In this document: positions 44,432 to 59,432 of the stretch, in pieces
Layout of the letters: every line of letters starts with the position of its first letter
Position numbering within the stretch: position 1 is the stretch's first letter
From: Eledone cirrhosa
Taxonomy: Eukaryota
Reading direction: 5' to 3'
NCBI GenBank assembly: GCA_964016885.1
Contig: OZ024745.1
Location: 56,110,001-56,174,000 of the forward strand
DNA length: 64,000 nt
The notes under the pieces: model-generated
Told to the model about the DNA's origin: nothing
Seen by the model: the letters and a program-made list of their open reading frames with translations, nothing else
The model's database searches: none
Made by a program: the position numbers and the translations under genes

Positions 44432-45370
44432 GAGTTGCGACCGATAGATAGTATTAGAAATTGGAAAGACCAATGGAAACATTGTTTCCTCGGTCCGATT
44501 TGACGAAAGTCTATCGACTGTCGATATATATATATATAATGTAATTTTAAGTAATTTTCCGAAAGTTACAACTTTGCTCCTCCCACCCCTAATCCTGTAT
44601 AATCAAGAAAAGCACGGGGTGTGCAAAATTTCAGCTCAATCGAGCAACTTTTAGGTGATCCTCAAACGCCTTGAAGTTGGAACATAGTATACGCAACGAT
44701 TAATTCTGTTCAAAAGCACTATCTCGACCATTTTCTTTTTCTTAGAGAAATTTATGTGGACACATCCAGGCAACCATAACAAATATTTTTAAAACGTTCT
44801 GAATCAAATTTAGCAATAGTTAATTAGAAAAATTCCTGAAATAACATGAAAAGCTTAATAAATATTAGGTTTTCATCATAAAGTACACAACTTCTATAAG
44901 AGAAATGCATTTTTATTTACAACAGTAATTTCTATAGAATCAAAAACATAATGTGATCACTGAACACTGAATATTGAACATTATTTTTGCATAAGAGATG
45001 ATTTAGAGGCAGTTGGGTATGTTTTACGGTTTTCGGTAACGATCTGTAAAACAAATTGTTTCGCGGTTTCATCATTTGTGAAAATGTTATTGTAATCCTG
45101 AATGAGTTTATAACCTCTTTCTGCAACAGCCTTCACAACAACTGTCTTCTCAAGTTTTTTCAAGTCCACTTTAGTAACCAGGATCCATCCTTTCATATTG
45201 AAGGGTTTTTGTCGAGGAAATCGGAGCTAAAAGAAAATCTCGTGAAGAAAGTTTGTGTACCAGGTTTGTGTTACAAAAGACGAAAACTCAATGTTTGTAA
45301 AGTAAGAAAACTCATTTTGGTGCAGAATGTTCCTCTTAAGTCACCTTTGTCTGCTTCCAGCATAACTTGA
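44432..45370 (-). mobile_element. DNA transposon end with decayed transposase C-terminus (superfamily uncertain, possibly Sola-like)
   Basis: VV..VAERGYKLIQDYNNIFTNDETAKQFVLQIVTENRKTYP at 44981-45140; candidate GAG terminus at ~44432. Confidence 0.5.
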
Positions 45371-45399
45371 GCAATATTTGCTTTAACCACGCGTTGCTT

Positions 45400-45705
45400 T
45401 CCTTTTCTCATTGCTCTCCCATTCTCCTTGAACTCCTTGCTCTCGCTTTCTCCTTGCTCTCCTTGCTCTCCTTGCTCTCCATTTATCCTTTCTCTCCTTG
45501 CTCTCAGTTTCTCCTTCCTCTCCTGTTCTCATTCCTCTCCTTTTCATTTTGCTCTCCTTGCTCTTCTTTTAACCTTGCTCTCCTTGCTCTCCTTTTCTCA
45601 TCGCTCTCCTTTTCTCCTTGCTCTCCTTGCTCTCATTTTCTCCTCTTCTCCTTCCTCTCCTTGCTCTCCGTTTCTCATTGCTCTCCTTGATCTCCTTTTC
45701 TCCAT
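45400..45705. repeat. Pyrimidine-rich degenerate 9-bp minisatellite (CTCCTTGCT)
   Basis: Direct reading. Confidence 0.85.
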
Positions 45706-47654
45706 CCTGACGGGTTCGTAATGACGCTACAAATAGCACCCATAAACCCGTCTACAGCGACTCAACAATTAAGGAATACAAAATATTACACAGAAGATTA
45801 CATGTCACTAATATAGCGGACTTCTCAATGAAAGAATGGCTAAAAGGTATCTAACTCAGCGAAGCACATAAATATAGAATAACTTATGCAAAGTCTCCGT
45901 CGGGTAGAGTGCTAGTAAAACCAACTAATACAAAAGAGTTTACTTGCACCTGTTCCTTGGCTTCAGAAGCAAATAGAGCGTGTGTGTGTTCAAGTATTCC
46001 AACAATATTTTACTCTAACAAAATTATCACTGTCGTGGAGAGGAATGAAATTTCATATTATTAAATTTGAATATTCGATTGAGATGATTTATACGTCAGT
46101 GATATTTTCATCCTGGTGTTAATTTTGTACTTGTCGCTGAAATATTTGGAAATATTACTATACTTCCTTTTTACATATAATACCTTTTCATATTTTAATA
46201 TGTCTATTGTATGTTTCTGTACTTTGAATGCTGAGCTATGAAAATTATCATTCATGTGTGTTCCCAATTTATGGACACAGCTATCGTTTCGAAAAATGTC
46301 CTTTTGAAACACGCCAGTATATTATGCCCAAAGCTTCATACGAAAATGAAAGAAAAGCCATTTTCGTAGATTTACTTTCATTGTGTTTTCTATTACATTG
46401 TATCAAATATTGTGTTCTATTGCATACGTTATACAAATTACCAGCATAAATACTGTTTGGGATTTGAGATGTTTAGTATATCTCGAAATATTCGGCTATA
46501 TCATCTTTATGTAATTATAAAGAATTATTGGTAAAATGATTTTTATTTATGCTACTCTTGAGAGGATATGATCATGTTCACATAAACATCACCTGGGACG
46601 TGGCATTGTCAGTCTTATTCGAAGACATAAATCCTTGAAATACAAACACTCTGCTATGAGGTGTAGATATATTTTAAAATTTCCAATTGTCTGATGTGAT
46701 AATGTCAAAATATAAAAATACATCAATCAGAATTATTCGTAGAAAAAAATTAGTATTTTACAAATAAAATATATGATTTAATTGTAAACACTTGTGCGAG
46801 ATTACAGCTGCTATTTTTTTAAAAGAATACATAAATAAATTTAAATATAATTCCCCTGAATAAATGTTAGATGTACATGAAGTTTAGAGCAAGACCTCCG
46901 ATAATCATAGTGTTCGCATATAAGTCAGATATTCACGAGTGTCACATAACCATCAGCTTCGTTTGGCTTTAAGGAAAGGAATGAAACAACATATTTTTCA
47001 CTCTAAACTAATTATCTACTAATATTGTAGAATGTATCGACTAAAGAAACATTATGTTGTGTGTACTCATATAGTAGACATAATTTAGTTGATATATTGT
47101 AGAAACGATGTATGCAAACATTTTGAGAGATCTATGTGAGGATTCTAATATAATTGCTTCAAATAAATACGTACAAACTACTACCTTCCTATGTAAATGA
47201 CTTTAGAGCGTGTCACAGTACATTTATCATTCCACAACATTTTCTGTTGAATTACAGTAGAAGCGTCGCTGTAATTTATTGAATCTCTGTCGGTAACCAT
47301 TTTTCAACAATCAAAAGAAAGTGATTTAACAAAAGATGGCTGCATTTAACATTATTATTATTATTATTATTATTATTAATAATAATTATTATTATTATTA
47401 TCGTTATTATTATTGTTGTTTTTGTTGTTGCCTTTGTATTAGGATATTTTTTCAACTTGATTTGATAGAATTTTTTTCATTTCAATGTCTGTGATATTTC
47501 ACTACAAACGGTGTTGACGATATTAAACATTTCTATAGAAATAATTCTATTGATTACCTTCCCGTCATGTAATTTTGCCAATCTGTAAATTTGAAAATGA
47601 TGGGTGTTTACTCATACGTTTAGGGTATTTTTACTGTAGTTACTTTTTTTGCGT

Positions 47655-47935
47655 AGCTCGGAGATCAGAGAGTCACTACAGGTAGAGCCTCTACTTCACC
47701 GAATTAAGAGATCACAGCTCCGATCACAGCTCCGATACAATAGGCATGTCTCAGTAAAGAATCCCTGGACAGATTTTACGGGTAAAACCAAACGACAGGA
47801 GACACAGGCGTAGAGCCCGAGCAAGATGGTTGGATAACATCCATGAGTCTGGTCTCGGTTAGGGATCCAGCCGTCACATTTCTGTCTCATTGTTGCCATA
47901 GCTTTTATATGTCGCAACAACGCTGACTGAAAGAG
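47655..47935 (+). mobile_element. RTE (Expander-like) LINE 3' fragment
   Basis: IRESLQVEPLLHRIKRSQLR...RHVS...ARWLDNI...RLGI. Confidence 0.7.
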
Positions 47936-48146
47936 CAGACATTAGTTAGTTCTTTAGTTTAGCTAAATAACAACTTTTTCTGAAGCAACTATATGCCCGC
48001 TTCATCAAGAAAATCGTTCTTTAACGGCCATAGTCAAATAAATGTTTAGCTTCGTTGGATCTGCCTAGGGGTACACCTCGTTAATATTGCCAGGTGGGCA
48101 TCTATTGCTCCACAATTACACATTGAGCACTGATATCTGAAATTAT

Positions 48147-48182
<36 letters not shown>

Positions 48183-48384
48183 TTTTATTAAGGCAAAATT
48201 TTAAATCTTGTGACTGGAGTTTCGCTTGAATGTCACAGGATCATCTTGTCTGAAGACCTTGTGATAAACAGACAAACCTTCAGAATGACAAGACTCAATA
48301 TTTAACCTTAATAAAATAAAGATTAAAACGCTACTTCGGTATTCAGTGCAGATTTTTCCTCTGCCGTTACCACATACGGATATA

Positions 48385-48495
<111 letters not shown>

Positions 48496-48498
48496 CCG

Positions 48499-48536
<38 letters not shown>

Positions 48537-48571
48537 TACAGAATAATCAAAACTATATTCAAAACATTTTA

Positions 48572-48620
48572 TTGGTGACAATCGTTTCTTCCAAACTTTC
48601 GTTTGGAATCATCGGAGCAC
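48572..48620 (-). ncRNA. Hammerhead motif, CCGAUGA core (family C relative), stem I damaged
   Basis: CCGAUGA-uuccaaac gaaa guuuggaa-GAAA-cgauug-UC. Confidence 0.55.
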
Positions 48621-48805
48621 TAGCAAAGTTTAGACATATAATTAACCTCCTATTCCACAGAACAATCGTAAAGATACATAGATGTTAGTGTTGTCATTAA
48701 TAGTGTCATAGTTAAAGAGTGAAGATGATGTGGTCAGTATCAGTCGATGGGACAAAGAATAATACAACAATATATACATACATATATACATATATATATA
48801 CACAC

Positions 48806-48841
<36 letters not shown>

Positions 48842-49051
48842 ATTTATGTATACGTGTTTTCCTGAAGGACCTGAGAATATGTATTCAATAACGAAGTAGC
48901 GTTTAAATATCCATTTATGTCTGAGTAGTGCTACTCTGGTGTTTCACCTGCGCACTCATATATTTGTAGTGGGGAGTATGATTATGTGTGTGAGTTTTTA
49001 TATGTATCCATATATATGAATGTGATAAGCTACATTTAATGTAGATATAAC

Positions 49052-49341
49052 TGCAATTTTATCTACGATTTGAAACGTACGATGCAAGTATTTTGTGCTG
49101 TTCTAGATTAGTTGCAGTATGAATACATATATATACATATATGCTACTAATATTCTTATCGTCTACGTATATACACACACATACGTATATCTATCTATTT
49201 ATACATCCATCCATCTATCTATCTATCTATCTATCTGTATGTATACATAACAATTTATTTCCAAATCAACAACATTTTTAGTTTCATACTTCATGTGAAT
49301 ATTACTTGCGTCGTACTTTTCAAATCGTAGATAAAATTGTA
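49052..49341. repeat. ~40-bp terminal inverted repeats (MITE-like)
   Basis: tgcaattttatctacgatttgaaacgtacgatgcaagta / tacttgcgtcgtac..tcaaatcgtagataaaattgta. Confidence 0.6.
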
Positions 49342-50211
49342 TTTTAAAGAAAAATATATGGATTACTTATATAGAGTAACAGTTAAGCTTACGTTCAATA
49401 TAGAATCTATTGGTCCAAGCAAAATTTAGTTTTACTTGAATATAGATAAATATCTTTGAGAAAGAAAGAAAATAGTTGCTTGTTGATTTCAGCATGTTTA
49501 CAAGTTTGTCTGCGTTTAATTACGAAAATACTTGTCTTTAAATTATTGACATACACATATACACACACACATATGTGTGTATGTGTATCTGTGTTTAATA
49601 TGAATGTGTGTTTGTGTGCACCGGTCAGTAAGTTAATCGCTGTTTCCTTTTGTAGTATAACTCATTAATGATGATACGGCACTAATAGTATAGAGTAAAG
49701 AACCATAGCCATATATTTAAGTGTTTTCATCATAAACATGTCTTGAATTCGAAAAATGGTCATATTTCACGTTATAAATCTCATCTTATTGACTTGTCTT
49801 TTCTTCTTTTTCCATTACACTTAGCTTTTGGTCAGGAGAATATTGATCACATTCCAGTTGCATAGATATTCTAAACTTTAATCAATTAATAACCATAACC
49901 TCATTAACATCGCATCATTCACCTTTCTTACTGGCTTCCAGACAAGACAGCTAAAAGATTGGAGAAATATCTAGCCACAGTATAGCAAACTTGTATTTCT
50001 TGACCTTATACACTTTGTTAGTTCGCTAGACACGTAGATGACAAAATGATTTAATCTTAAGAAGCCAGGCTCATTTCACCAAACTTTCTTATGAGAAAAT
50101 GTTTACATATTAGTTTATCTTTCTAAAATTAACGGTTACACATGAATATATTATTGACAATGACTCTTACACACACACACACTCACACACGCACACACAC
50201 ACACACACACA

Positions 50212-50315
<104 letters not shown>

Positions 50316-50401
50316 TATATATATATATATACATATATACATATATATATACATATATATATATATACATACATACATATATATATATATACATACATAT
50401 A

Positions 50402-50433
<32 letters not shown>

Positions 50434-50473
50434 CATACATATATATATACATACATACATACACATACATACA

Positions 50474-50508
<35 letters not shown>

Positions 50509-51188
50509 GTGTGTGCGCGTGTGTGTGTATATGTGTGTGTGTGTGCGTGAGTGTGTCTGTGTGTTTGCGTGCGTGCATGTGTGTGTGTGTGTGATAGATA
50601 GGAGATAGGAGAGACAACGAGGGAGATCTTGGAAAATGAATCTTTGTGTGTTCAAAATGAATAACAGCATCGTGCTTCACTCTGGCATGCCTGCGAAATT
50701 GAAAAGAATCTAACAAGTTTGCAGTTAAATGGCCGATGATTAGTTTGTCAAATATAGGTGATTTTCTTCAAAATTGCAAGTAGGTAGTTACCATTGATTA
50801 GTACAATATTTACTTGCCAAGTTTCCGAGAGTCGAAATTCTGTTCGTCAAGCACATTGGGGATAATTCCATAACTTCATTCAGAACGCTAAATGGCTGCT
50901 TTAGGAGAAAATGACGTAATATTTTGGAACATGACGCTCCATTATCGACCAACTATTTGCCGATCGAAGACAATTTGTGACTGTTGTGTTTAATACTTAA
51001 AACTCTTTGTGTTATCTGAGAATTTATGTTTTCTTAATATTGGATGTGGGTTTGGTGAATCGATTCTGAGTTCGATCACATTTGCATTGCTTGAGCAGTA
51101 TCCAATGCAACTGAACTTATTATCGACGAAGAATTAATTTAATCATGGCACTTAGATGTTCACTTATTCTGTAGTATTATCTTATATA

Positions 51189-51378
51189 GGGCGGTGGATT
51201 GGCAATATCGGTAGAGGGTCGGACGCCATGCTTTCCAGCATAGTTACGTCCCTTTACGATCTGAGTTCAAATCCCGCCGAGGTTGACTTTGCCTTTCATC
51301 CTTACGGGGTCGATAAAATAAACTACCAGTAATGCACTGGGTAATTTCTGGCCTTGTGCCTAAAGTAGAAACAATTAT
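51189..51378 (+). mobile_element. Octopod tRNA-derived SINE (near full-length)
   Basis: ggcggtggattggcaatatcgg...gagttcaaatcccgccgagg...gtcgataaaataa...agaaacaattat. Confidence 0.85.
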
Positions 51379-51439
51379 CTTATATAGTTAAAGGCGGAGG
51401 GAATGTGGGGTGGGGGAGGAGAAGAAGAAGAAGAAGAAG

Positions 51440-51470
<31 letters not shown>

Positions 51471-52699
51471 GGTAGTAGTAGTGCGGCTTTGAGTGTTTGA
51501 ATTCTAATGTGAGACCAGAGACCATGGCGGATTCCAGGGCTTTAGTTCTTTATTATCTGCCGGTTTCTTTTTACGTTAAAAGCGTCAATATAGGCACAAT
51601 CCTCTGAATAGCTTATACCTTTTTTTACGCTTGTGACTTAAACTAAAATCTGCTACTATTTTTATTGCCAGGATCCAAAATAGCATGTGTCGGAAAAGCG
51701 GGGAAAGTAATTTTTCACAACGTGTCAAAACATCTGTAAATTTGTTCCCATTTATAATTGTTACGTTATTTCAGTTTCTGATTATTTTCTCTAATTAATA
51801 CGCTACGCAGAAAATAAGTGTCGATATGTTTTTGCACATATATCATGCGTACAGTTTTACTGACTCCGTTGCACGACGAGGTATTTTGTTCTTCGAAGAT
51901 TATATTTCAGGATGTTGCCAATGTGTGTGTGTCTGTGTGTACGTATGTACCTCTGCATACATCTATACATTAGAGTTTGTGGTCAACATTTCAATTATCT
52001 TTCCATTCTTGTTCTATGTACAAAATTCCTGAACACCTGTTTGAAATATAATGAATGTCTCGTTTTAAAATATCCCCACTGAGAAAATTTTCCAGAGAAA
52101 AAGAAATAATACGGATCAATACACTTTCAGTAAGAAAAATATAGCATCAGTCCGTATATATGTGCATACACGTATACGCGCAAACATAGTTATATATAAT
52201 TTAAAACTGAGGTTACGATGACAACTGAGAATACGATGTTGTTTCAGTGGTTGATTGAGTGAATGTATGGTATATTTAGTGTCATGTTAATGGATTTTGA
52301 TCTTTATTTTGCTGTAAGTGCGTGAAATAAAATAGCTATGTTTGAGAATTTAAAACATACTTTCTCACTGGTGAATTAAATAGGCATTGCATCGCATTTT
52401 TTTATAGAGTGATTCCATTTTGTAGATTCGTACCACATCCTGCCTCAATATATTCAATAACATTAGCTGGTGCCATTAATCCCAGTATAATCTTGATCGA
52501 GTTGTTCTTTGAGAAATATCATTCCACTTGTTCAATGTTATCATTTTAGGGAAAATTTCTAATTGAAATCTCAAATTAGTGCAAAATTGTGCGTGTGTGT
52601 CGTAAATCCTGGTTTCGATGACGGCTGTCAAATCTATCGCTAATGAACTGAGGTCGACAGCAGTCAACCTTTCTTCCAGTATGATTCCAACCGCGTACA

Positions 52700-53058
52700 G
52701 TTTTGCAACATACACTCTCGCCTACCTTTCAACAAACTAGTTGGAAGGCAACCTGATTTTCCTCTTCAAATTAAATCTGAAAATGTTAATGAGGGCTTTG
52801 CCGAAGAGGAAAGTGACTGTCTTCATATATTTTAAACGCGTTCACCACACGACCTCTTTCGCCATGGCCTCCAGGCAGATAAAAACTGCCCGTCCTTTTC
52901 TTCTAAAGCAAGACGGCAAGACGATCTCACAATGGACTCAGTTGATAGTCGGATCCGTCCTACACGTGACAGCAGGTGCTCGACATAAACCAGCAGGTCA
53001 GCAATAATCGGACACCCGATGAGTGCATGCAGAATGGTTTCGTTGCCATGCGCGCAAA
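52700..53058 (-). mobile_element. Tx1/L1 LINE ORF2 C-terminal fragment
   Basis: C..NETILHALIGCP zinc-knuckle half, AMAKEVVW*TR and FRFNLKRKIR. Confidence 0.75.
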
Positions 53059-55785
53059 TAATAACAATAATAATGATAATAATAAAACTAATAATATTTA
53101 TTATTATTATATTGCAAGCGCTTTGTTGTTATGAGTAATTTTTATATCCTTATGTACTTTGTGGATTCTTTGAATATACAACCTAACATGTTGTTTGTGC
53201 ATCTGTGTATGTGTGTATGTCTGTATTTGTGTATGCGCTTATGGGCGTGTGTCCTTATGTGCTTGTGTTCTTATGCGTGTTTGTGTATTATGTGCGTGTG
53301 TATGGTTATTTGTATTTGTGTTTGTATGAGGATATTTTATTTCCAAGTACAATGTGGAATAGTAAAACGTTTTTTCACCTCTGTTTAGATTATCTTTCAT
53401 ATCTGAATAATATTGGGTTTATATATCATTTTATATGCTATAATATATTTAGGATTAATCCTATAAATCATTCTAGGTGTGCATCTGAGATGAAAACTTG
53501 TTTCATCCTTTCTTAATTTTTGAATCCTGCACTTCAAAAGCTGTAAAATATTCCAAATACTTCTCGGCAAATATTGACAAAATTATATATTCTTTAGAAG
53601 TGGAGATTTAGTTTGTTATATGAGTTTAGATTGATAAATTGTGCCCTATTTTTAATACAAACACTTTATAATAAAGTCAGCTGTTTACGTTGCATAATAT
53701 TACTTTGGGGAAATATGTGATCCATACATTAAAATTGTTTATGTTTTAATGCATTTCGATACTTGAGGAGGGGAGTTGTTTTAATGCTGATTTGCCACTA
53801 ATACTACACTTATGGAGTTATAGTGCAATTTAAAATCACAGCTTTTGATATTCTGTTTAAATCTAGTCAAACAAACTATTTTTTTATTACTATTTGTTTG
53901 AGATTTTTACGGAAATAAAAGCGGCAATTCTATTGCAGATATATAAGCACCAGAAGCACATTTCAAATATTGCCTTCACTATAAATGTGAAGTGTTGTTA
54001 TATTCTTATACATTATACGCTTTACATTGTTGATAAAATGAAGAGAACACATATTTTGAATGAATTATATAAGTGAATTAATAACTTCACAGAGATATAT
54101 ATTCCATTCAATGGTATGATCTAAGGAAATGTTATATATCTCAGCTGTCATAAATATTTTGTGAACATTACATTACACTCTTAGCTGGCTAAAACATTAA
54201 CTTCTAGTTGTTTTCGTGGTTACTAAAAATAATTTCCCGTTTAGCAAGTAAGAGACCTTGGCAAAGGTCATAAGCTAATTTATAAAGTGCAGTGTAATGA
54301 ATTAAAAAACAAAACAACAAGTTTTTGGTGTATATGTTCATATATCTTGACATTTTGATATGAAGAAATATTGTTTGTGTGATGCACATGCCTGAGGTAA
54401 TTCAATGTCAGCCAGCAAACTAAATAGACAGTGTATGCGTGGCATTCCACTAACAGTTGCTTATATCTTTGGATATAGATTTAATACTTCATTTGCCAAA
54501 CCCTTTATGTGAAAATCGAAATCAAAAGGAAACATACACCCATAGATACAAGAGGAAACTCTGTACAAATTTCGAAACTATTTAATTGCTGTTGTCTGTG
54601 GACACAATGTATTGTTGGATAGTAACTATGACGAACCCTTATTTTTGTCTACCTCCTATTGAATTAGTAATCTGCACTCTTCATGACATGGGATAGTATC
54701 CCTGAGCAATTTTGTACAGAGAAGAATAACCACGCTTGGTGTGTGTTTGAATGACCACAAGGCATTCACAAGTCTGTGAATGATTGGACTCTACTTCAGT
54801 GACAGAAATGTTGCAGTGTAAAAACACGAAAGGTCCTTTCAATGGGCTTCGATATAATTTTAATCAAACGCATTTCACCTAAAGGTATTGATGGAAGATA
54901 GCTTTTCCAACGTTATTAGCAAAACATTAAGATACACCATGTTTCAGGAGCGGACTTTTTAACAACACGGTAATGTTATCATTAATGTGAAATTATATGT
55001 ATCACGCTCTGAATCTACGCAATTAATATAATCGAAATATGTAAAGAAACTTCAAACATGATTGTCACAGCATAATTATTCATGTAATTTGCAGCTTTCT
55101 GATAAAAGAAATCTAGCAAACCAGTCGGAAAAGCATGTTTTTATACAGATTCATTTAAGATAAATTAGTCATTTCTTTTACAAGTATACACGTACCATTT
55201 GTTCTAGTATTATATAAAACAATTGATAGACTTCTGTTAATTTATTAGTAGAATGTGTTTCAAAGATATAAGGAAAGCTGTAATAAGAACGCTGCTAATT
55301 CGTTCAAATTAAGATCTAGTGTGTTAGGTTCAAGCCCATGCTTCAAATAAAAGTAGACTTTTTCGCAAATATAGATTTAAATATATGTCATAGAAGAAAT
55401 GACGATATAGTCACTGCTGGAACTCGTATAATCATGAACCTACTCTATCTCAGCAAATCAGGGGATAAAACATAAAACATTACAACTAATGAAATAAAAT
55501 GTGAATGCAGTGAAGAGAAGCTAAGCATTCGAATAATGTATATTACATGCTTTAAATAGATACAATATATTTTAGAGTTTATAACTGCAAGCATCAAACT
55601 TCAAACGTAAATTTGTTCTCACATCATAGAAAAATAGAAGAGAAGGACAAAAAAAGTATTTATTATCAAACGAAAACACATAATAACATTGTACGCCAAT
55701 AGACACCGAAATATGGATATATACAAATGTGTGCGCGAATAATGGTACTTAAAGGATTGTGTGTCAATATATATATATATATATA

Positions 55786-56355
55786 CTCGTTTTCGAGTAC
55801 GGCCACTACTTTATATCCATGTAGGAGAACCCCTACCGATGCGCTGAACGAGCGTGACTTTTTAGTCCAGCCAGCGACTTGAAAACTCTGGTACAAACAC
55901 TACACTTGTGACAATTATTGACACATAGTGCTGGGCCCATGGTACCATGTGACGACAAGTGCAGAGAGATCTCCAGATATAAAGCAATGCCTGTGCCGTG
56001 AAGCTTTTATAGTGAGCAAAGACACTGCACAAAGCCAGTCCCACACTCTTTACCAAGATTATATTTACCAAAAAGAAGAACAAGTCAACATCATTGGATA
56101 CCATCAGAGTTGCAGATGTTATATCAGAGTTTTCCTTCTCCTAGAATTCTGCATTGACAAAGGCTAAGGAGTCATCTCTCCCGGTGATTTTGGATGGCCA
56201 CTGACTCTTAAGAGCTCCTTTGCACTTTGACAGGTTTTGTTTTTAGTCCTGCAGGATGTCCAAAGTGACCCTCCTCACCAAGAATCCTTGGTGGGGTTGC
56301 CAGTTTAGTCGCCAACGACCCGACCATGAGACGGGTTGTACTGGGATACATGTTA
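55786..56355 (-). mobile_element. Non-coding interspersed element (RTE-5'/Ceph-domain-like motif), copy 1
   Basis: Close reverse complement of 61971-62540; contains ctaggagaaggaaaactctga. Confidence 0.6.
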
Positions 56356-56379
56356 TACATACATATATATATATATGTT

Positions 56380-56408
<29 letters not shown>

Positions 56409-56410
<2 letters not shown>

Positions 56411-57086
56411 ATTTTATAATTTTCTTATTTTACGTCTCTTATATTATTGTTCTGCAACCCCATGCATTGAACCACACTGTTATTAAGACAAAACCTATAT
56501 ATTTGCTAGCATTGATATGCATCTGTATGTATATATATGTTACTAGATATGAATTCTTTATTATTATCTCCAAATTATTTGTCGAGCCATATTGGCCATG
56601 ACTGCTGCTACGGTTGTAGGCAGGCCGCTGTCTTATTTGCAAACCACTTTCCACTGATTGACCTCGATGTCACGTGTTCGATTCTTTTTGAATTTGCCAC
56701 AGACGTAGAGGCAGTGATTTTCTCAATGGCTTGGAATTCAGTCCACGCTTTGTTATTTCCTATCCACTGAATTATTTTTTAATAAGTTTCCAGTGTCCTC
56801 GCTTTGCCTGGAAACTTACATGAGAATAGACTTTCCTGACGACGGAATGCTTCTCCATATTATTCTTCGGAAAATATATTTACTCCATTCCAGAAACTAA
56901 TTAGTTGGAAGTGATATTTTAGTAAGTAAGTTAATTTTATAATTTTCTTATTTTACGTCTCTTATATTATTGTTCTGCAACCCCATGCATTGAACCACAC
57001 TGTTATTAAGACAAAACCTATATATTTGCTAGCATTGATATGCATCTGTATGTATATATATGTTACTAGATATGAATTCTTTATTA
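56409..57086 (+). mobile_element. HHR-bearing partial tandem (523-bp period, ~150-bp direct repeats)
   Basis: 56409-56563 is repeated at 56932-57086 with an HHR just upstream of the second copy. Confidence 0.75.
56830..56912 (+). ncRNA. Type I hammerhead ribozyme
   Basis: actttc-CTGACGA-c ggaatg..cattcc a-GAAA-ct aatt ag-TT-ggaagt. Confidence 0.8.
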
Positions 57087-57162
57087 CATATATATATATA
57101 TATATATATATATTCCAATAGCCGAAATACGATTCTCGCTAATTTATATCTATATCTATCTA

Positions 57163-57326
<164 letters not shown>

Positions 57327-57327
57327 C

Positions 57328-57360
<33 letters not shown>

Positions 57361-57541
57361 GTATTAATTATACTATTTATGGTTATGGAAATACAAAAAC
57401 CTTTTGCAGTTATATATATTTTTATACAAACCTTAAATAGTGGTAGGCAGTAAGTTAAGTAGCTCAATGTAAAAACATCAGGTGATTTACAGAGCCGTTA
57501 TATGAAATATAAGAATCAAAGAACTGTTCAAAACATTTTTA

Positions 57542-57588
57542 TGCTCACAACTGTTTCCTCCAAACCGAGGTTTAGATTCTTCGGAGCA
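57542..57588 (-). ncRNA. Family C hammerhead, probably inactive (GUG site)
   Basis: CCGAAGA core is intact but the cleavage triplet is GUG. Confidence 0.55.
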
Positions 57589-59432
57589 ATTTATTAATGA
57601 ATGAACACTTATATGACCTCCTTTTCACCCAAGAGACATACAGATACATATGCAAATATTGTGGGTCAACATTCATTACTGCATTTAGAGTGGCAGTACA
57701 CACTTAGAGATTACATTCATATTAAAAGATACAATCAAAAATACAGGTTAAAATACAACATGAAAATAAGCGGTTATATAGTGCAAATGTTATATGTGTG
57801 GCAAGCACGTGCGTCTTGTTTATATAGTGTGGCAGAGAGTTGCGTGTAGTAGAAGCACTTAAGTAGGTAAACAAGAGTGTTAGGTTGGTTGATCTGGTGG
57901 CAAATTCTTTATATGATTGTTATAGTCTGTGTGTGGAGAAATAATATAAGCATTAAAAATAGTGCAACCAAACACCACCTCTAGCATCAAACACCAGGGG
58001 CACACCTTATACCACATACCCAACACTAACTGATCTAATATAACACAAACAGCGACATCCCTCTAGAACCCTTCGCAGGGCAAATACCCATTTGTACCTC
58101 TACTTTAGGTGTGACAACATCCACCCACTTGAACTGCACTACACCGCTCGATAGGTAATTTAAGCATGAATTGATTGTCCTGTTAGTGTTGTGCGGAGGA
58201 AGTGCCTTCGTTGGACAGATGAAAAACGAATTAATCTAGTAACGCTGTTGAGCAGTATGACCGGTACGCTGAGTGCAGGGAATGAATGTATTGCAACTGG
58301 CGTACGGGTTGTACATATATGGATGATTTGATGATCAGAGTGGGGTCATGAGGACTGCGGATTGACCCCTGGCCGGCCCTGGTGATGATTATCTTTCGAC
58401 ATCCAATGTAGCAAGCGATGACCCAGAACTTACCAGAGATCATTGTGTGTTGAAGTGATTCTGCAATCACCGCGCCTGGTCCTTTGAGTAGACTACAACC
58501 ACAGAGATCATTAATTTAGAATCCTCGCTCGTCGTCTATAATATTCATTTGTGGCACCCTACGATGGAGGTTAATTCACCATAATAATACGAACATCTTC
58601 AGCACAACCTAATAGACTACTCTATACTTAACACACTTTAAGCTTTAGACATTTTTTAGAAATTTCGCATAACCATAGAAGTTAGGGTCTATTTTGAGAC
58701 ACATTTCAATATTTTGAGACACATTTCAATAGTTAGTAATAGAAACCTCGGAGTTACCTCCCCTCATGCATTAACTCCCCTTAGCCACACACACACTTCC
58801 GGGTAGTATTTCAATGTCGATTCTCGAAACGTAACATCCTCCTGTATTGAACTAAAGAACATCAGACTACGATTCTCTAACTGGATTGTCAAACGCTCAA
58901 TATCGAATTGTCGTGGATTATGTGAAGGGCATATAATCTGAAAAATACACTCCCCAGACTATGAAAATGTCGAAGTACATGAAGTCCCTATCATCACTTC
59001 GCTGTGCATTTCCAATATTTTTAATATTTTTAATATTTTTAATGCTTGCACTATTTTTAATGCTTATATTATTTCTCCACACACAGACTATAACAATCAT
59101 ATAAAGAATTTGCCACCAGATCAACCAACCTAACACTCTTGTTTACCTACTTAAGTGCTTCTACTACACGTAACTCTCTGCCACACTATATAAACAAGAC
59201 GCACGTGCTTGCCACACATATAACATTTGCACTATATAACCGCTTATTTTCATGTTGTATTTTAACCTGTATTTTTGATTGTATCTTTTAATATGAATGT
59301 AATCTCTAAGTGTGTACTGCCATACTAAATGCAGTAATGAATGTTGACCCACAATATTTGCATATGTATCTGTATGTCTCTTGGGTGAAAAGGAGGTCAT
59401 ATAAGTGTTCATTCATTAATTCATTAATAAAT

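Noticed and set aside
45367-45721. Hydrophobic Leu/Ser-rich ORFs
   Set aside because: They are products of a pyrimidine-rich minisatellite.
53600-55700. Possible host exons in the repeat-poor stretch
   Set aside because: No convincing ORF with splice sites or recognisable protein motif.
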